Source: Bacteroidota bacterium | GTDB taxonomy: Bacteria > Bacteroidota > Bacteroidia > Palsa-965 | DNA length: 64,000 nt | Assembly: GCA_031412295.1 (NCBI GenBank) | Contig: JANOCU010000032.1 | Coordinates: 2,904-66,903 of the forward strand | Direction: 5' to 3' | Shown: in pieces, positions 17,492-26,341 of the stretch | Position numbering within the stretch: the first letter of the stretch is position 1 | How the letters are laid out: each line of letters opens with the position of its first letter | Position numbers and translations under genes: made by a program | Notes under the pieces: model-generated | Seen by the model: only the letters and a program-made list of their open reading frames with translations | Told to the model about the DNA's origin: nothing | The model's database searches: none

Positions 17492-17546
17492 GTTACAGAA
17501 TTACAGAATTACCGATTACCGATTACTGAATTACCAGATTACGAAT
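17492..17546. repeat. Heptamer tandem array (TTACAGA/TTACCGA/TTACTGA; reverse complement of GTAATCN), ~7 units, starting at the stop codon
   Basis: gttacagaattacagaattaccgattaccgattactgaattaccagattacgaatg. Confidence 0.8.
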
Positions 17547-17708
17547 GATGATGACAGGCTTTATGTTAAGTACATGCTGTGTGAAATTTATGATGTTGGC
17601 GTGTCCTTACAGGCCGCGCTTTACGCGCTACACAGTAGCTTGCTTCAATCGCTCACGCAAAAAAACAAACAAAACAAAAGCTTTCAAATCACTAATCACC
17701 AGTTTTTT

Positions 17709-17745
17709 TAATCATTAGGCGGGTTTCGCAAACCCGCCTGATGAT
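17709..17745. repeat. REP-like palindromic element (taatcattaggcgggtttcgcaaacccgcctgatgat), copy 1
   Basis: About 15-bp stem; a second copy in inverted orientation sits at 26216..26254. Confidence 0.7.
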
Positions 17746-17790
17746 GAAAATCACCAATCACCAATCACCTCCGCCGCGGCGGACACCAAT
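17746..17790. repeat. Short AATCACC-type tandem repeat (caccaatcaccaatcacc...caccaatcacc)
   Basis: Direct reading of the sequence. Confidence 0.5.
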
Positions 17791-17799
17791 CACCTGAGA

Positions 17800-18051
17800 A
17801 TGTATTTTATCATGTTCGGCGTATTGATTGTTCATATTTGCTACGCTATTCATGTAATGCCGAAATTACGTTCGGCTGTTTTTTACACAGGGAAATTAAA
17901 GATTCTTCATCTTATTCTTTTGTGGAGTATTCCATTTCTCTGGGGATTGCTAATTGTAGTGCTTACGAAAAAAAGTCCCGGAACAGGTGAAGAAGAGCTT
18001 ACATTCAATGATGTGAATCCGAATCCGTTTAGGAATGAAAGTCATTATTGA
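17800..18051 (+). CDS. Hypothetical small membrane protein (2 predicted TM helices)
   Basis: 83-aa ORF with two hydrophobic helices; no recognisable family. Confidence 0.35.
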   Translation: MYFIMFGVLIVHICYAIHVMPKLRSAVFYTGKLKILHLILLWSIPFLWGLLIVVLTKKSPGTGEEELTFNDVNPNPFRNESHY

Positions 18052-18138
18052 TTGCTATTTCAGGATTGCAATCAAATTGCTTTTTTCAGAAGATTGGTTT
18101 CGTTTTGTAATTTTACACTAAGAAAAAATAGGTTTGGT

Positions 18139-18345
18139 ATGAAAGTTTTACTTGATATAAAAGATCATAAAGCAGATTTTGTTTTGGAATTGCTAAGTAA
18201 TTTTTCTTGCGTAAAAACACAAAAACTTTCTGAACCCAAAGCACATGTTTTGGTGGAATTGAAAGAAGCCGTCGAAAATATGAAGCTTGTGAAAAACGGG
18301 AAGATGAAAGCACGTCCAGTAAAAAAACTTTTAGGTGAATTATAA
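18139..18345 (+). CDS. Hypothetical small protein
   Basis: ORF only; start chosen at MKVLLDIKDH inside the 18052..18345 ORF. Confidence 0.25.
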   Translation: MKVLLDIKDHKADFVLELLSNFSCVKTQKLSEPKAHVLVELKEAVENMKLVKNGKMKARPVKKLLGEL

Positions 18346-18374
18346 GTTCTTGCATCTCTTACAAGTAATCGCAA

Positions 18375-18701
18375 ATGAAATACATTTTACCGTTCTTCTT
18401 TCTGCTAATAAGTTCTTCCTGCGCAGTAAAACCGGAAGTAACCGAAGAACAATTAGCGCAATATGACTATTGCAAAAAAACGCTGCTCGAAAATAAAGAA
18501 GCGTTTATTGCAGTCGGTGGCACAAAAGAAAAGCAGGATTCACTTAAAGATTACATCGATCAGATTGAAAAGCACAGCTTGCCTGAACTTTTGGAGGAAT
18601 ACGATGTAGAGCAAAATCAAGTGGTGATTTTCCTCTATTCCATTTGCCAGAAAGCGGAACTTATACAGGAGAATTCCGCTGTGGATGAAAGATCGTGGTA
18701 A
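18375..18701 (+). CDS. Hypothetical lipoprotein
   Basis: Lipoprotein signal MKYILPFFFLLISSSC; no known family. Confidence 0.4.
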   Translation: MKYILPFFFLLISSSCAVKPEVTEEQLAQYDYCKKTLLENKEAFIAVGGTKEKQDSLKDYIDQIEKHSLPELLEEYDVEQNQVVIFLYSICQKAELIQENSAVDERSW

Positions 18702-18803
18702 GACAAGCGACAGGAAATGATAATGCCTCATTTTAAGTGTAAATTTGCACCCGCATTCGTATGGAATTTTGTAACCCATGCGTCATCAATCAAGTAACAG
18801 ACT

Positions 18804-19391
18804 ATGGCTTTTTTCCCGCGCAGACGGAAAAGTGTTTTGAGTGACGAGGATTTGCTCAAAGCATACCGCGCATCAGGTGATAAAACGCTGGTGGGGGAAT
18901 TGTATATCCGTTATTCGCACCTTGTATTCGGACTATGCCTTAATTATTTCCGCGACCGTGAAGCTGCACGTGATGCTGTTTTGGTTCTATTTGAAAAATT
19001 GTTCGAATCGCTGAAAAAAAATCAGCCGGAGAATTTTAAAATGTGGCTGACATTTGTCGCGCGTAATCATTGCATCTCCGAATTGCGCAAGCTGAAAACC
19101 AAAACTGAACGCGCCGAAGAATACCTGCGCGAGGATGAATATTCAATTATCGTCGATCCGGAAAATCCACAAAAGGAAGATGCGGAAAAACGCGAAGAAA
19201 AATTAAAAAAGCTCGAAGCTGCAGTCACAGCATTGGGTGATGAACAAAGAAAATGCGTAGAGCTTTTTTATTTCCAGGATAAATCATACCAGGAAATAAG
19301 CAAGCTGACAGGTTTCACCGAAAAGCAAGTGAAAAGTCATTTGCAAAACGGAAAACGAAACCTGAAACAATTTTTAGAAGAATCGAAATGA
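18804..19391 (+). CDS. ECF-type RNA polymerase sigma-70 factor
   Basis: Region 2 (LVGELYIRYSHLVFGLCLNYFRDREAARDAV) and region 4 (EQRKCVELFYFQDKSYQEISKLTGFTEKQVKSHLQNGKRNLK). Confidence 0.85.
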   Translation: MAFFPRRRKSVLSDEDLLKAYRASGDKTLVGELYIRYSHLVFGLCLNYFRDREAARDAVLVLFEKLFESLKKNQPENFKMWLTFVARNHCISELRKLKTKTERAEEYLREDEYSIIVDPENPQKEDAEKREEKLKKLEAAVTALGDEQRKCVELFYFQDKSYQEISKLTGFTEKQVKSHLQNGKRNLKQFLEESK

Positions 19392-20470
19392 GCACATCCC
19401 TTCATAACGATCATCTTTCTCCAAAAGAGTTATCTGATCTGCTTAGCGGCAAGCTTGACGCAAAGTCAAATGCACGCATAAAAAAATTGCTGAAAGATTG
19501 CGAGCTTTCCAAAGAAGCGCTTGCAGGTTTTACAGCAGTTCCGTCTGCAACAGCCGATCTTGACTTCCTGAATAAAGAGATCGCGTCAAAATCAGGAATG
19601 GTAAAAACGCCGAAGTGGGTAAGCGTTGGTACTGTGGTGATCGGAGCTGCACTTGTGGTTGGAATGGGTTATGCATTATGGCCACGCGAGCCGGAAGTGC
19701 TGAATATTCCATTTTCTTATACAGCACCGCCTGTAGTTGCGCCATACGTTGCACCGCGCGTTGAGCTCACTCCGAAGGCAGAACATTTTGTAAACCCGGA
19801 AGCAAAACCAAAACCATTAGCTGTTTTGTCGCAGGGAACACCAGTTGATACAACAGCTGTTCAGCCAACTGAAACCAAAGATCAGATCGCAGTGAAAGAA
19901 GCTGAGCCACTCGAAGTAAAACCTGTGGTTCCGAAAAATCCGGAGGCGGGATACAATGCTTCGATCGGATTTATCCAGGATTTAAAAGTGACGGAGTTCG
20001 AAAAATATTATCGCAAAACGATTGAAGTGCGCGAGGTGGTTTTGAAAGGCGTACCTGCGCAATTTGAAAATGAAGACAAGTTCAAAAAGGAAAATGAAAC
20101 GGAAACAGTTCGTTCGGTTCCTGCAGAGCAATTTTTAAATGATGGACTTCGTGCTTTTCACGATGGGAAATATGGCCGTTGTATTGAGAAAATGGAAGTG
20201 CTGAAGAAGAGCAATGCAAAAGATTTGAATGCTGCTTTTTACATGGGCGTTAGTTATGTGAAGCTGGAAATGTTTGAAAAAGCAATCAAGATGTTCGATG
20301 AAGTGTTGAATGCAACGAACAATGTTTTCCACGAAGAAGCGAAATGGTACAAAGCATTAGCCTTGATCGGAAACGGTGATGCTGCTGCTGCGAAAGTTTT
20401 ATTGGAAGAGATTGCGGGGAAAGATGGGTTTTATAAGGATAAGGCGGTTGTTAAGTTGAGAGAATTGTAG
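19388..20470 (+). CDS. Putative anti-sigma factor (single TM, C-terminal TPR-like domain), translationally coupled to the ECF sigma
   Basis: ATGA overlap with the sigma gene; one TM helix (VSVGTVVIGAALVVGMGYALW); TPR-like C-terminus. Confidence 0.55.
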   Translation: MSTSLHNDHLSPKELSDLLSGKLDAKSNARIKKLLKDCELSKEALAGFTAVPSATADLDFLNKEIASKSGMVKTPKWVSVGTVVIGAALVVGMGYALWPREPEVLNIPFSYTAPPVVAPYVAPRVELTPKAEHFVNPEAKPKPLAVLSQGTPVDTTAVQPTETKDQIAVKEAEPLEVKPVVPKNPEAGYNASIGFIQDLKVTEFEKYYRKTIEVREVVLKGVPAQFENEDKFKKENETETVRSVPAEQFLNDGLRAFHDGKYGRCIEKMEVLKKSNAKDLNAAFYMGVSYVKLEMFEKAIKMFDEVLNATNNVFHEEAKWYKALALIGNGDAAAAKVLLEEIAGKDGFYKDKAVVKLREL

Positions 20471-20589
20471 CGCGATACTTTGTGTGTCAGGGAACCTCAA
20501 AGGGCTCCGGGGGAAAGTGCGCTGTGCCCTTTGAGGTTTGCGAAGGTTTGTGCGCTGCGCTTATCCGCGAATTAATAGTCGAAAAGTTT

Positions 20590-21609
20590 ATGAGAGCATT
20601 TGCCGTTGTTGTGTTCCTGGTTCTTTTCGATTGTCCTGGTTTCGGGCAAACAGGAAAAACAATAAATATTCCTTCTTACGGTAGAAGCAACGATACTTTG
20701 TTTTGGCAGAAGTGGCAACATGCGCGTGATGATAAAATGGAACTGCCGCATTTGTTTGCTTCGACCGACACTTTTGCTTTTCGCGCATGGCTGGATGGGC
20801 AGATGGTTGAAATCCGGACCAGAGATTATAAAACATTCACGGGCGTTCTGACGAATTATGTCGAGTCCCACGAAGAAACGAAGAGCAAAACACCCAGGAA
20901 GAAATCTCAGACAACTTTTATCAGCCGTGTTCAAATAGATTCTGCTATTGCCAGAAAAGTTTTTGAGCTGGTTAAAACAGTAATCTCAATTCCATCGCAG
21001 GATTCTATTGATGGTTGGAACCGTGGGCTTGACGGAATAACATACATTTTTGAATCGTCTACGCCGTCCTATTATTCATTTAAATCCTACTGGACGCCAT
21101 CAGCGCAAGACAGTTCTTTAACTGAGGCAAATCAAATATTGGATTTTATCAAGACGCTTGATGTGCTACTTGACATGCAGGGAGCAAAGTATAAATTTTA
21201 CGAGACATTAAAGCCGGGCGCATACACGCTCGATCATTGGGGAGTAATGTTCAAACCAAGTGAAAGGCAAAATAAAAAGTGGAAAAAATATGAACCGCAC
21301 TGGAATTATATGGAAACAGTACGTGATACATTGAATCATTATCTAAGTGATACATTGACAAAAATTTTCCTTGCAAATAATATATCAATCGAACCAAGAC
21401 AATATTTTCTGTATTTATCGCGTCACAATCGTCTAAAAAAAATCAGGACCAATTATGAATTTTTTCTTTTTTCTGACCGGCTGGAATTTGCGCGTGACAA
21501 AAGAAAGATAAGGAAGGCATTCCGTAAAATCCGTATTCATTTTGTCCAGGCAAAACGTAGTTATGGGGTTGAACTCAACTATTACGATAGAGAAGTGCTG
21601 ATCTTGTAA
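20590..21609 (+). CDS. Hypothetical secreted protein
   Basis: Signal peptide MRAFAVVVFLVLFDCPGFGQ at an internal ATG of ORF 20482..21609; no family recognised. Confidence 0.45.
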   Translation: MRAFAVVVFLVLFDCPGFGQTGKTINIPSYGRSNDTLFWQKWQHARDDKMELPHLFASTDTFAFRAWLDGQMVEIRTRDYKTFTGVLTNYVESHEETKSKTPRKKSQTTFISRVQIDSAIARKVFELVKTVISIPSQDSIDGWNRGLDGITYIFESSTPSYYSFKSYWTPSAQDSSLTEANQILDFIKTLDVLLDMQGAKYKFYETLKPGAYTLDHWGVMFKPSERQNKKWKKYEPHWNYMETVRDTLNHYLSDTLTKIFLANNISIEPRQYFLYLSRHNRLKKIRTNYEFFLFSDRLEFARDKRKIRKAFRKIRIHFVQAKRSYGVELNYYDREVLIL

Positions 21610-21639
21610 TAATGACAATTGTCAGACAAAAATAATGGG

Positions 21640-21672
21640 CCCTGACCACTGACACTGACAACCGACCACTAC
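21640..21672. repeat. TGACCAC/TGACAC heptamer-like tandem repeat (reverse complement of the GTCAGTG family)
   Basis: cctgaccactgacactgacaaccgaccact. Confidence 0.5.
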
Positions 21673-21684
21673 CTTTGCACCGCA

Positions 21685-22728
21685 ATGCAATCCACTCTCG
21701 ACAAACTTTTTCTTCGCCTAGCCGGCATTACATTAGTTGTTCTTTATCTCGTTATCTGCGCCGGCTCAATTGTGCGTGCAACAGGTTCGGGAATGGGTTG
21801 TCCCGACTGGCCGAAATGTTTTGGTTATTACATTCCTCCAACAGATCCTTCGCAAGTTGAGTTTCATGAAAATCATTCGTATGAAAAGGGAATGATGATT
21901 ATCGTGAATGATACCTTGTGGCGCGCGTCTTCTGATTTTACTACTGCGAATTATTTTAATCGTGCGAACTGGGAAAAATATCCTGTTCACAATTACGCGA
22001 AGTTTTTTGTTCAGCAAACATGGATTGAATACATCAACCGTTTAACCGGCGCGCTCAGCAGCTTTTGTATGACACTCTTGCTGATCGTTGCATTGCTGCG
22101 TGTAAAAAAAGATTGGCCAACACTTGCAATTCTTTTGATGGGAATGTTTGTGCTCGCATTTGTGATCTGGCTTGGAAAAGTGGTGGTGGATGAAAACCTG
22201 AAACCATTTTCGATAACACTTCACATGTTAAGCGCATTGGTGTTGGTAAGCGTTGTGATCTTCACATCCACGCGCGTGCGATTACGTTCAGCACTGCTGC
22301 AGAAACATTTGGTTGGAAACAATTTACAACTGATTTTGGTTTTCGCATTGCTGCTTACGCTTGCACAAATAATTGTCGGAACACAAGTGCGCCAGCAGAT
22401 CGATACCATTAACCACGCGATGGATGGTTTATCAAGAGAAAGCTGGATTGAACAATTAACCTCCGTTTACCCTGTTCACCAAATCATGGCGGTTTTGCTG
22501 GTAGTTGTAAATGTCGCCCTGTTTTTCTTTTTCCGCAAAACAAATCCGCAAGGCAGAACGAGGAAGTTGATGTACGGAATTCTCTTTATCATCCTTGCTG
22601 AATATGCAGCCGGAGTTTTCATTCACAACTTCGCCATCCCCGCATTCGCGCAGCCGATTCACTTGGTGTTAGCGATGATTTTATTCGGCGTGCAATTTGC
22701 GTTGCTTGTGCGGACGAAAGCACAATAG
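21685..22728 (+). CDS. ctaA: Heme A synthase (COX15/CtaA family)
   Basis: N-terminal GSGMGCPDWPKCFGYYIPP motif plus about 8 TM helices, typical of COX15/CtaA. Confidence 0.8.
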   Translation: MQSTLDKLFLRLAGITLVVLYLVICAGSIVRATGSGMGCPDWPKCFGYYIPPTDPSQVEFHENHSYEKGMMIIVNDTLWRASSDFTTANYFNRANWEKYPVHNYAKFFVQQTWIEYINRLTGALSSFCMTLLLIVALLRVKKDWPTLAILLMGMFVLAFVIWLGKVVVDENLKPFSITLHMLSALVLVSVVIFTSTRVRLRSALLQKHLVGNNLQLILVFALLLTLAQIIVGTQVRQQIDTINHAMDGLSRESWIEQLTSVYPVHQIMAVLLVVVNVALFFFFRKTNPQGRTRKLMYGILFIILAEYAAGVFIHNFAIPAFAQPIHLVLAMILFGVQFALLVRTKAQ

Positions 22729-22734
22729 AACACG

Positions 22735-23290
22735 GATTCTGCTTTGTCGCCTTCGATACATTTTTTGACATGCGAAATAGTAGCGAAGAAGTGGCATCTA
22801 TTGTCAGACTGAGTGATTTTCGAAAGAAATGCAATTAGAAAGGAGAAAATTAATTTCGAAAATTGTATCGAAAGCGACAAAGCACAATGTCTTGCTATGA
22901 AATTTCTCCCTTGTCAGACTGAGTGATTTTCGAAAGAAATGCAATTGAATTAGAAGAAAATTAATTTCGAAAATTGTATCGAAGGCGACAAAGCAGAATG
23001 TCAGCGATACAATTTCCCTCTTGTCAGACTGAGTAAATTTTCTAAAGAAAATGCAATTAGAAAAGAGAAAAAATAATTTCGAAAATTGTATCGAAGGCGA
23101 CAAAGCAGAATGTCAGCGATACAATTTCCCTCTTGTCAGACTGAGTGATTTTCGAAAGAAATGCAATTGAATTTGAAAAAAATAATTTCGAAAATTGTAT
23201 CGAAGGCGATAAAGCACAATGTCTTGCGATGAAATTTCCCTCTTGTCAGACTGAGTAGCGAAGCGAATCGAAGGCGACAAAGCAGCATGA
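22735..23290. repeat. Tandem array of ~110-bp units (4 full units plus a truncated fifth), preceded by an inverted partial copy
   Basis: Units start at 22801, 22911, 23021, 23133 and 23243 (ttgtcagactgag...aatttcgaaaattgtatcgaaggcgacaaagca...). The leading segment 22737..22770 (tgctttgtcgccttcgatacatttttt) is the reverse complement of the unit core. A related solo copy lies at 55410..55580. Confidence 0.9.
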
Positions 23291-23305
23291 CAGTGTTCCT
23301 AAGTT

Positions 23306-24001
23306 TCAATCCTTCGGTCCCGACCCGGGATTATTCGACCTCGGCACAATTACTTCTTCTTCCTCTTTCACGTTCGGTGCAATGAATTTAATGAGCTTTA
23401 CTTCCGGAGCACTTTCTTTCCACTTCAGCGTATTCACCAAATGAAAAATATCTTTCTCGATATAATCCAGCACCGGTGCAATCGAATCTTTATTCGGCGG
23501 TGAATAAAAATAAAGTGATGCGCGGATAAAATGTTTTGTGCTGTCGGTTAAATAAAATTGTACTTGTGTTGCAGCATTTCCTCCAAGCAATTGAACAGAA
23601 CCAAACACTTTATCATCCGGGCGCAAAATAGAAGTATCACGCATGCTGTTTGCAACCTGGTTATGCGCTTCTGTCAATGCCCAGCTTTCATTGATCAATT
23701 TCTCAAGTATCGAATCGTTATTGATCTCGTTATAGCTGATGTAAAGTGTTGCATGAAATTTCCCGAAGTACAGATCGCGCCAGCACGCAGGAGCATTGGG
23801 CGCAGCGCTGAGATACATGGTGGAATAATCCGGAATTTCAAATGTGAACGGACAATCTGCATCATACTTCACATACTTTTTCTCCGGCAGCTCGATCCTG
23901 AAATAGCCGCGCGGTTTTGGAATGCCAGGGCTGTCATCATCTTCGCACGAAACAAAGAGGGAAACGAGTAGAAGAGCGAAAAGGGGAAGTATTTTTTGCA
24001 T
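23306..24001 (-). CDS. gldD: GldD-like gliding-motility lipoprotein
   Basis: Lipoprotein signal (LLVSLFVSC) and PKPRGYFRIELPEKKY, which resembles the conserved N-terminal GldD block. Syntenic with mutY and ssb as in Flavobacterium. Recalled from memory, not aligned. Confidence 0.5.
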   Translation of the reverse strand: MQKILPLFALLLVSLFVSCEDDDSPGIPKPRGYFRIELPEKKYVKYDADCPFTFEIPDYSTMYLSAAPNAPACWRDLYFGKFHATLYISYNEINNDSILEKLINESWALTEAHNQVANSMRDTSILRPDDKVFGSVQLLGGNAATQVQFYLTDSTKHFIRASLYFYSPPNKDSIAPVLDYIEKDIFHLVNTLKWKESAPEVKLIKFIAPNVKEEEEVIVPRSNNPGSGPKD

Positions 24002-24037
24002 GCATTACAAAGATAATCAGTTATCAGTAGACAGTTG

Positions 24038-24066
24038 TCAGTGTCAGTTGTCAGTTGTCAGTAATC
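24038..24066. repeat. GTCAGTT/GTCAGTG heptamer tandem repeat
   Basis: cagttgtcagtgtcagttgtcagttgtcagt. Confidence 0.6.
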
Positions 24067-24136
24067 TATTTGAATAAAAAGGTGTGTTTCTAAAACGCAC
24101 CTTATTATTCAAAATAAATAACGTAAAATTGTTCCC

Positions 24137-24562
24137 ATGAGATATATCTTTTTCCTTTTTCTTTTCCTTTCGGGAACAATTTTGACGGCGCAGAATATTC
24201 CTGTGCTGCAATCGATGAAGAAAAAATCGGGGCATACGCTCCGGGTGAGAGTGGTGGAGGGGCTTGTAAATTTAAACACTACCGGACCGGTTCTGGTTGA
24301 AGTGGTTGAAGTTTACAATTCCAAAACCATTCATGTTGGTGATTTGATCGCGGTTAAAATGCAGCCTTTTTCTATTGCAGACGACAGCGCGAAAGTAAAT
24401 CACATCGCTAATGGTAATGAGCTGATTGTTTTTATTTCAAAAGATGATGCAAAGAGCTTTTCCAAAAACGGGAAGCAATATTCTTATTATTCGCTCTATG
24501 ATGATTGGGCAGGATGGCTGTTTTTCAATGAAACGATTGGGGAATATCTGAAGAAGAAATAA
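24137..24562 (+). CDS. Hypothetical secreted protein
   Basis: Signal peptide MRYIFFLFLFLSGTILTAQ. Confidence 0.4.
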   Translation: MRYIFFLFLFLSGTILTAQNIPVLQSMKKKSGHTLRVRVVEGLVNLNTTGPVLVEVVEVYNSKTIHVGDLIAVKMQPFSIADDSAKVNHIANGNELIVFISKDDAKSFSKNGKQYSYYSLYDDWAGWLFFNETIGEYLKKK

Positions 24563-24574
24563 AAAAAACCGGAC

Positions 24575-25405
24575 TTACCTGTTTTTCCGAAATCGGAAGG
24601 GATGAAAAAGGCGGTAAAAAAAGCGCCTGGTTTTTTGATGTGGAGTGAAATCCATGGCGATGTCACCAGAAGTGACTCTTTCTATAGTTCCTGTGGAACG
24701 CATTTCAAGCCCTTCGTACCTTGGCACTCCAACTGTTATCGTGTCAAAAATAGGAAGGGCGGGTTCAAAATGAATGTTGCATATAATTGTATCATTTCCA
24801 ATTATCGGTTTTATCGCTTTCTTAAAATCAGATGACTCCGAAGCCATAACAACTAATGAATCGGTAGAAAAACAAGGAATTGTAATAGCGTAATTCCCGT
24901 CTAGACCGGAAAATTTCCTGATCGTATCCCGCCCATTACTGATTTGAATGACTGTCCTGACGGGCTTGATCGAATCAGGTGCGGTCACATGACCTTTAAC
25001 TGTAATTAAACGTTCAAGCGTAACGCCGGATTGTTTTTTTGCTGATGGGGAAACGATAGTGCCCGACTGTTTTGGTTTGGTGGCTACCTGGGCTGTGGCA
25101 GAAACTCCAAGTAAAAAAGATGGAAACAAAAGCAATTGCCTGAAGGCGAAATTATTTTTTTTAGCTCGTAATGGAATAAAACTTCTGTTTTGCTGATCCT
25201 CCCTTAGCTTCCCACAAGCTCTTTTGTTTTTAAGAAAAAATTGAACAACTTCTTCGTCCGACATCACGGTGAAATCAGTGATTACTTTATTGCAGGAAGA
25301 GCAATGTCGATTGCCTGAGTCGACTGACTGCATTTCTTCCCACGGCATGGAGCAGGGTGCAGGAATGCTTAACTGAAACTGATTTTTATTCATTTGTAGC
25401 GGCAA
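24575..25405 (-). CDS. Hypothetical protein with N-terminal CxxC...CxxC zinc-ribbon-like segment and one TM helix
   Basis: CSMPW...HCSSCNKV...ACGKL; TM FRQLLLFPSFLLGVSATAQV; no family assigned. Confidence 0.4.
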   Translation of the reverse strand: MPLQMNKNQFQLSIPAPCSMPWEEMQSVDSGNRHCSSCNKVITDFTVMSDEEVVQFFLKNKRACGKLREDQQNRSFIPLRAKKNNFAFRQLLLFPSFLLGVSATAQVATKPKQSGTIVSPSAKKQSGVTLERLITVKGHVTAPDSIKPVRTVIQISNGRDTIRKFSGLDGNYAITIPCFSTDSLVVMASESSDFKKAIKPIIGNDTIICNIHFEPALPIFDTITVGVPRYEGLEMRSTGTIERVTSGDIAMDFTPHQKTRRFFYRLFHPFRFRKNR

Positions 25406-25540
25406 CTAAATTTGGGAGAATAATTAAGTGAATATGTTATCCGAATGTTATTATAAAACATTTCACTTTTTTCCTGAATTGGAATTCCCTCATTTGCTCG
25501 ATGACATCACAAAAAAAATCCGGACTCTTTCGAACCCGGA

Positions 25541-25592
25541 TCTTCAACTATTGAATTTTCAATCTTGAATGTTGAATCTTGAATCTTGAATT
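25541..25592. repeat. TTGAATC-type heptamer tandem array
   Basis: tcttcaactattgaattttcaatcttgaatgttgaatcttgaatcttgaatt. Confidence 0.7.
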
Positions 25593-26112
25593 AAAAAGGT
25601 AAATCATCCGGTGAATCAGGAAGCACTGCAGGGTGATTCGGATTTTCTTCAGGATTGATATTTACACTTTGCTGCTGCTGCTGGTAAGCCTGCTGCTGTG
25701 GATTCGGAGTATAAGTTGTGCCGGATTCATTTTTTTGTCCGTATGGTGTTGCAGGACGCTGCTGGTATCCGGGCTGATCTTCACGACGGGAAAGAATGGT
25801 AAGAACGTCGCCGAAAATTTCTGTTGTGTAACGTTTGTTGCCGTCCTTATCATCCCATGTACGGCTGCGGATCTTTCCTTCGAGGTAAACCATTTGACCT
25901 TTTCGGAGGTACTTTTCCGCCACTTCTGCCAATCTGCGCCATAAAACGATCTGGTGCCATTCAGTCTGCTCATTTTTGTTCCCGTTTTTATCACGGAACG
26001 ATTCAGTTGTAGCTATCGGAAAATTCGCGACAGCAATTCCACCTTCGAGGTAACGCACTTCCGGGTCTTTCCCCAGATTTCCAATCAGAATTACTTTATT
26101 AACGCCTGGCAT
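25591..26112 (-). CDS. ssb: Single-stranded DNA-binding protein
   Basis: OB-fold N-terminus ([18 protein letters not shown]...[12 protein letters not shown]), Q/P-rich linker, acidic tail DDLPF. Confidence 0.9.
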   Translation of the reverse strand: MPGVNKVILIGNLGKDPEVRYLEGGIAVANFPIATTESFRDKNGNKNEQTEWHQIVLWRRLAEVAEKYLRKGQMVYLEGKIRSRTWDDKDGNKRYTTEIFGDVLTILSRREDQPGYQQRPATPYGQKNESGTTYTPNPQQQAYQQQQQSVNINPEENPNHPAVLPDSPDDLPF

Positions 26113-26183
26113 TTTATTAAAATGGGTTAGTTATGGAACGTAAAGAGTGTTTGTTTCAAGACAAAGATAACAGAAAAGGTAAG

Positions 26184-26216
26184 TCCCTGTAGAGACGCGA
26201 TGCCTCGCGTTTTTTT
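26184..26216 (+). terminator. Hairpin plus T7 run (gacgcgatgcctcgcgttttttt) preceded by a REP-like CCTGTAGAGACG motif
   Basis: 7-bp stem and T7 in the plus orientation; no annotated plus-strand gene lies upstream. Confidence 0.35.
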
Positions 26217-26254
26217 AATCATCAGGCGGGTTTGCGAAACCCGCCTAATGATTA
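26216..26254. repeat. REP-like 39-bp palindromic element, copy 2 (inverted relative to 17709..17745)
   Basis: taatcatcaggcgggtttgcgaaacccgcctaatgatta is a near-perfect palindrome. Confidence 0.7.
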
Positions 26255-26271
26255 AAAAAACCAATCCAACT

Positions 26272-26341
26272 CACCAACTTGTCTACCGAAGCTCGCGCAG
26301 GTAGATCACCAACTTGTCTACTGAAGCTTGCGCAGGTAGAT
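26272..26341. repeat. 35-bp direct repeat x2 (caccaacttgtctaccgaagctcgcgcaggtagat), each unit a hairpin (tctacc...ggtaga)
   Basis: Two adjacent units with 2 mismatches; the second abuts or overlaps the mutY stop codon. Confidence 0.7.

Noticed and set aside
22619-23103. Minus-strand ORFs 22619..22834, 22659..22880 and 22804..23103
   Set aside because: They lie wholly inside the 110-bp tandem repeat array and their translations are repeat-derived.
22735-23290. Possible CRISPR array
   Set aside because: Units are ~110 bp and near-identical throughout, with two alternating sub-variants. There is no short-repeat plus unique-spacer structure, and no cas genes are present.
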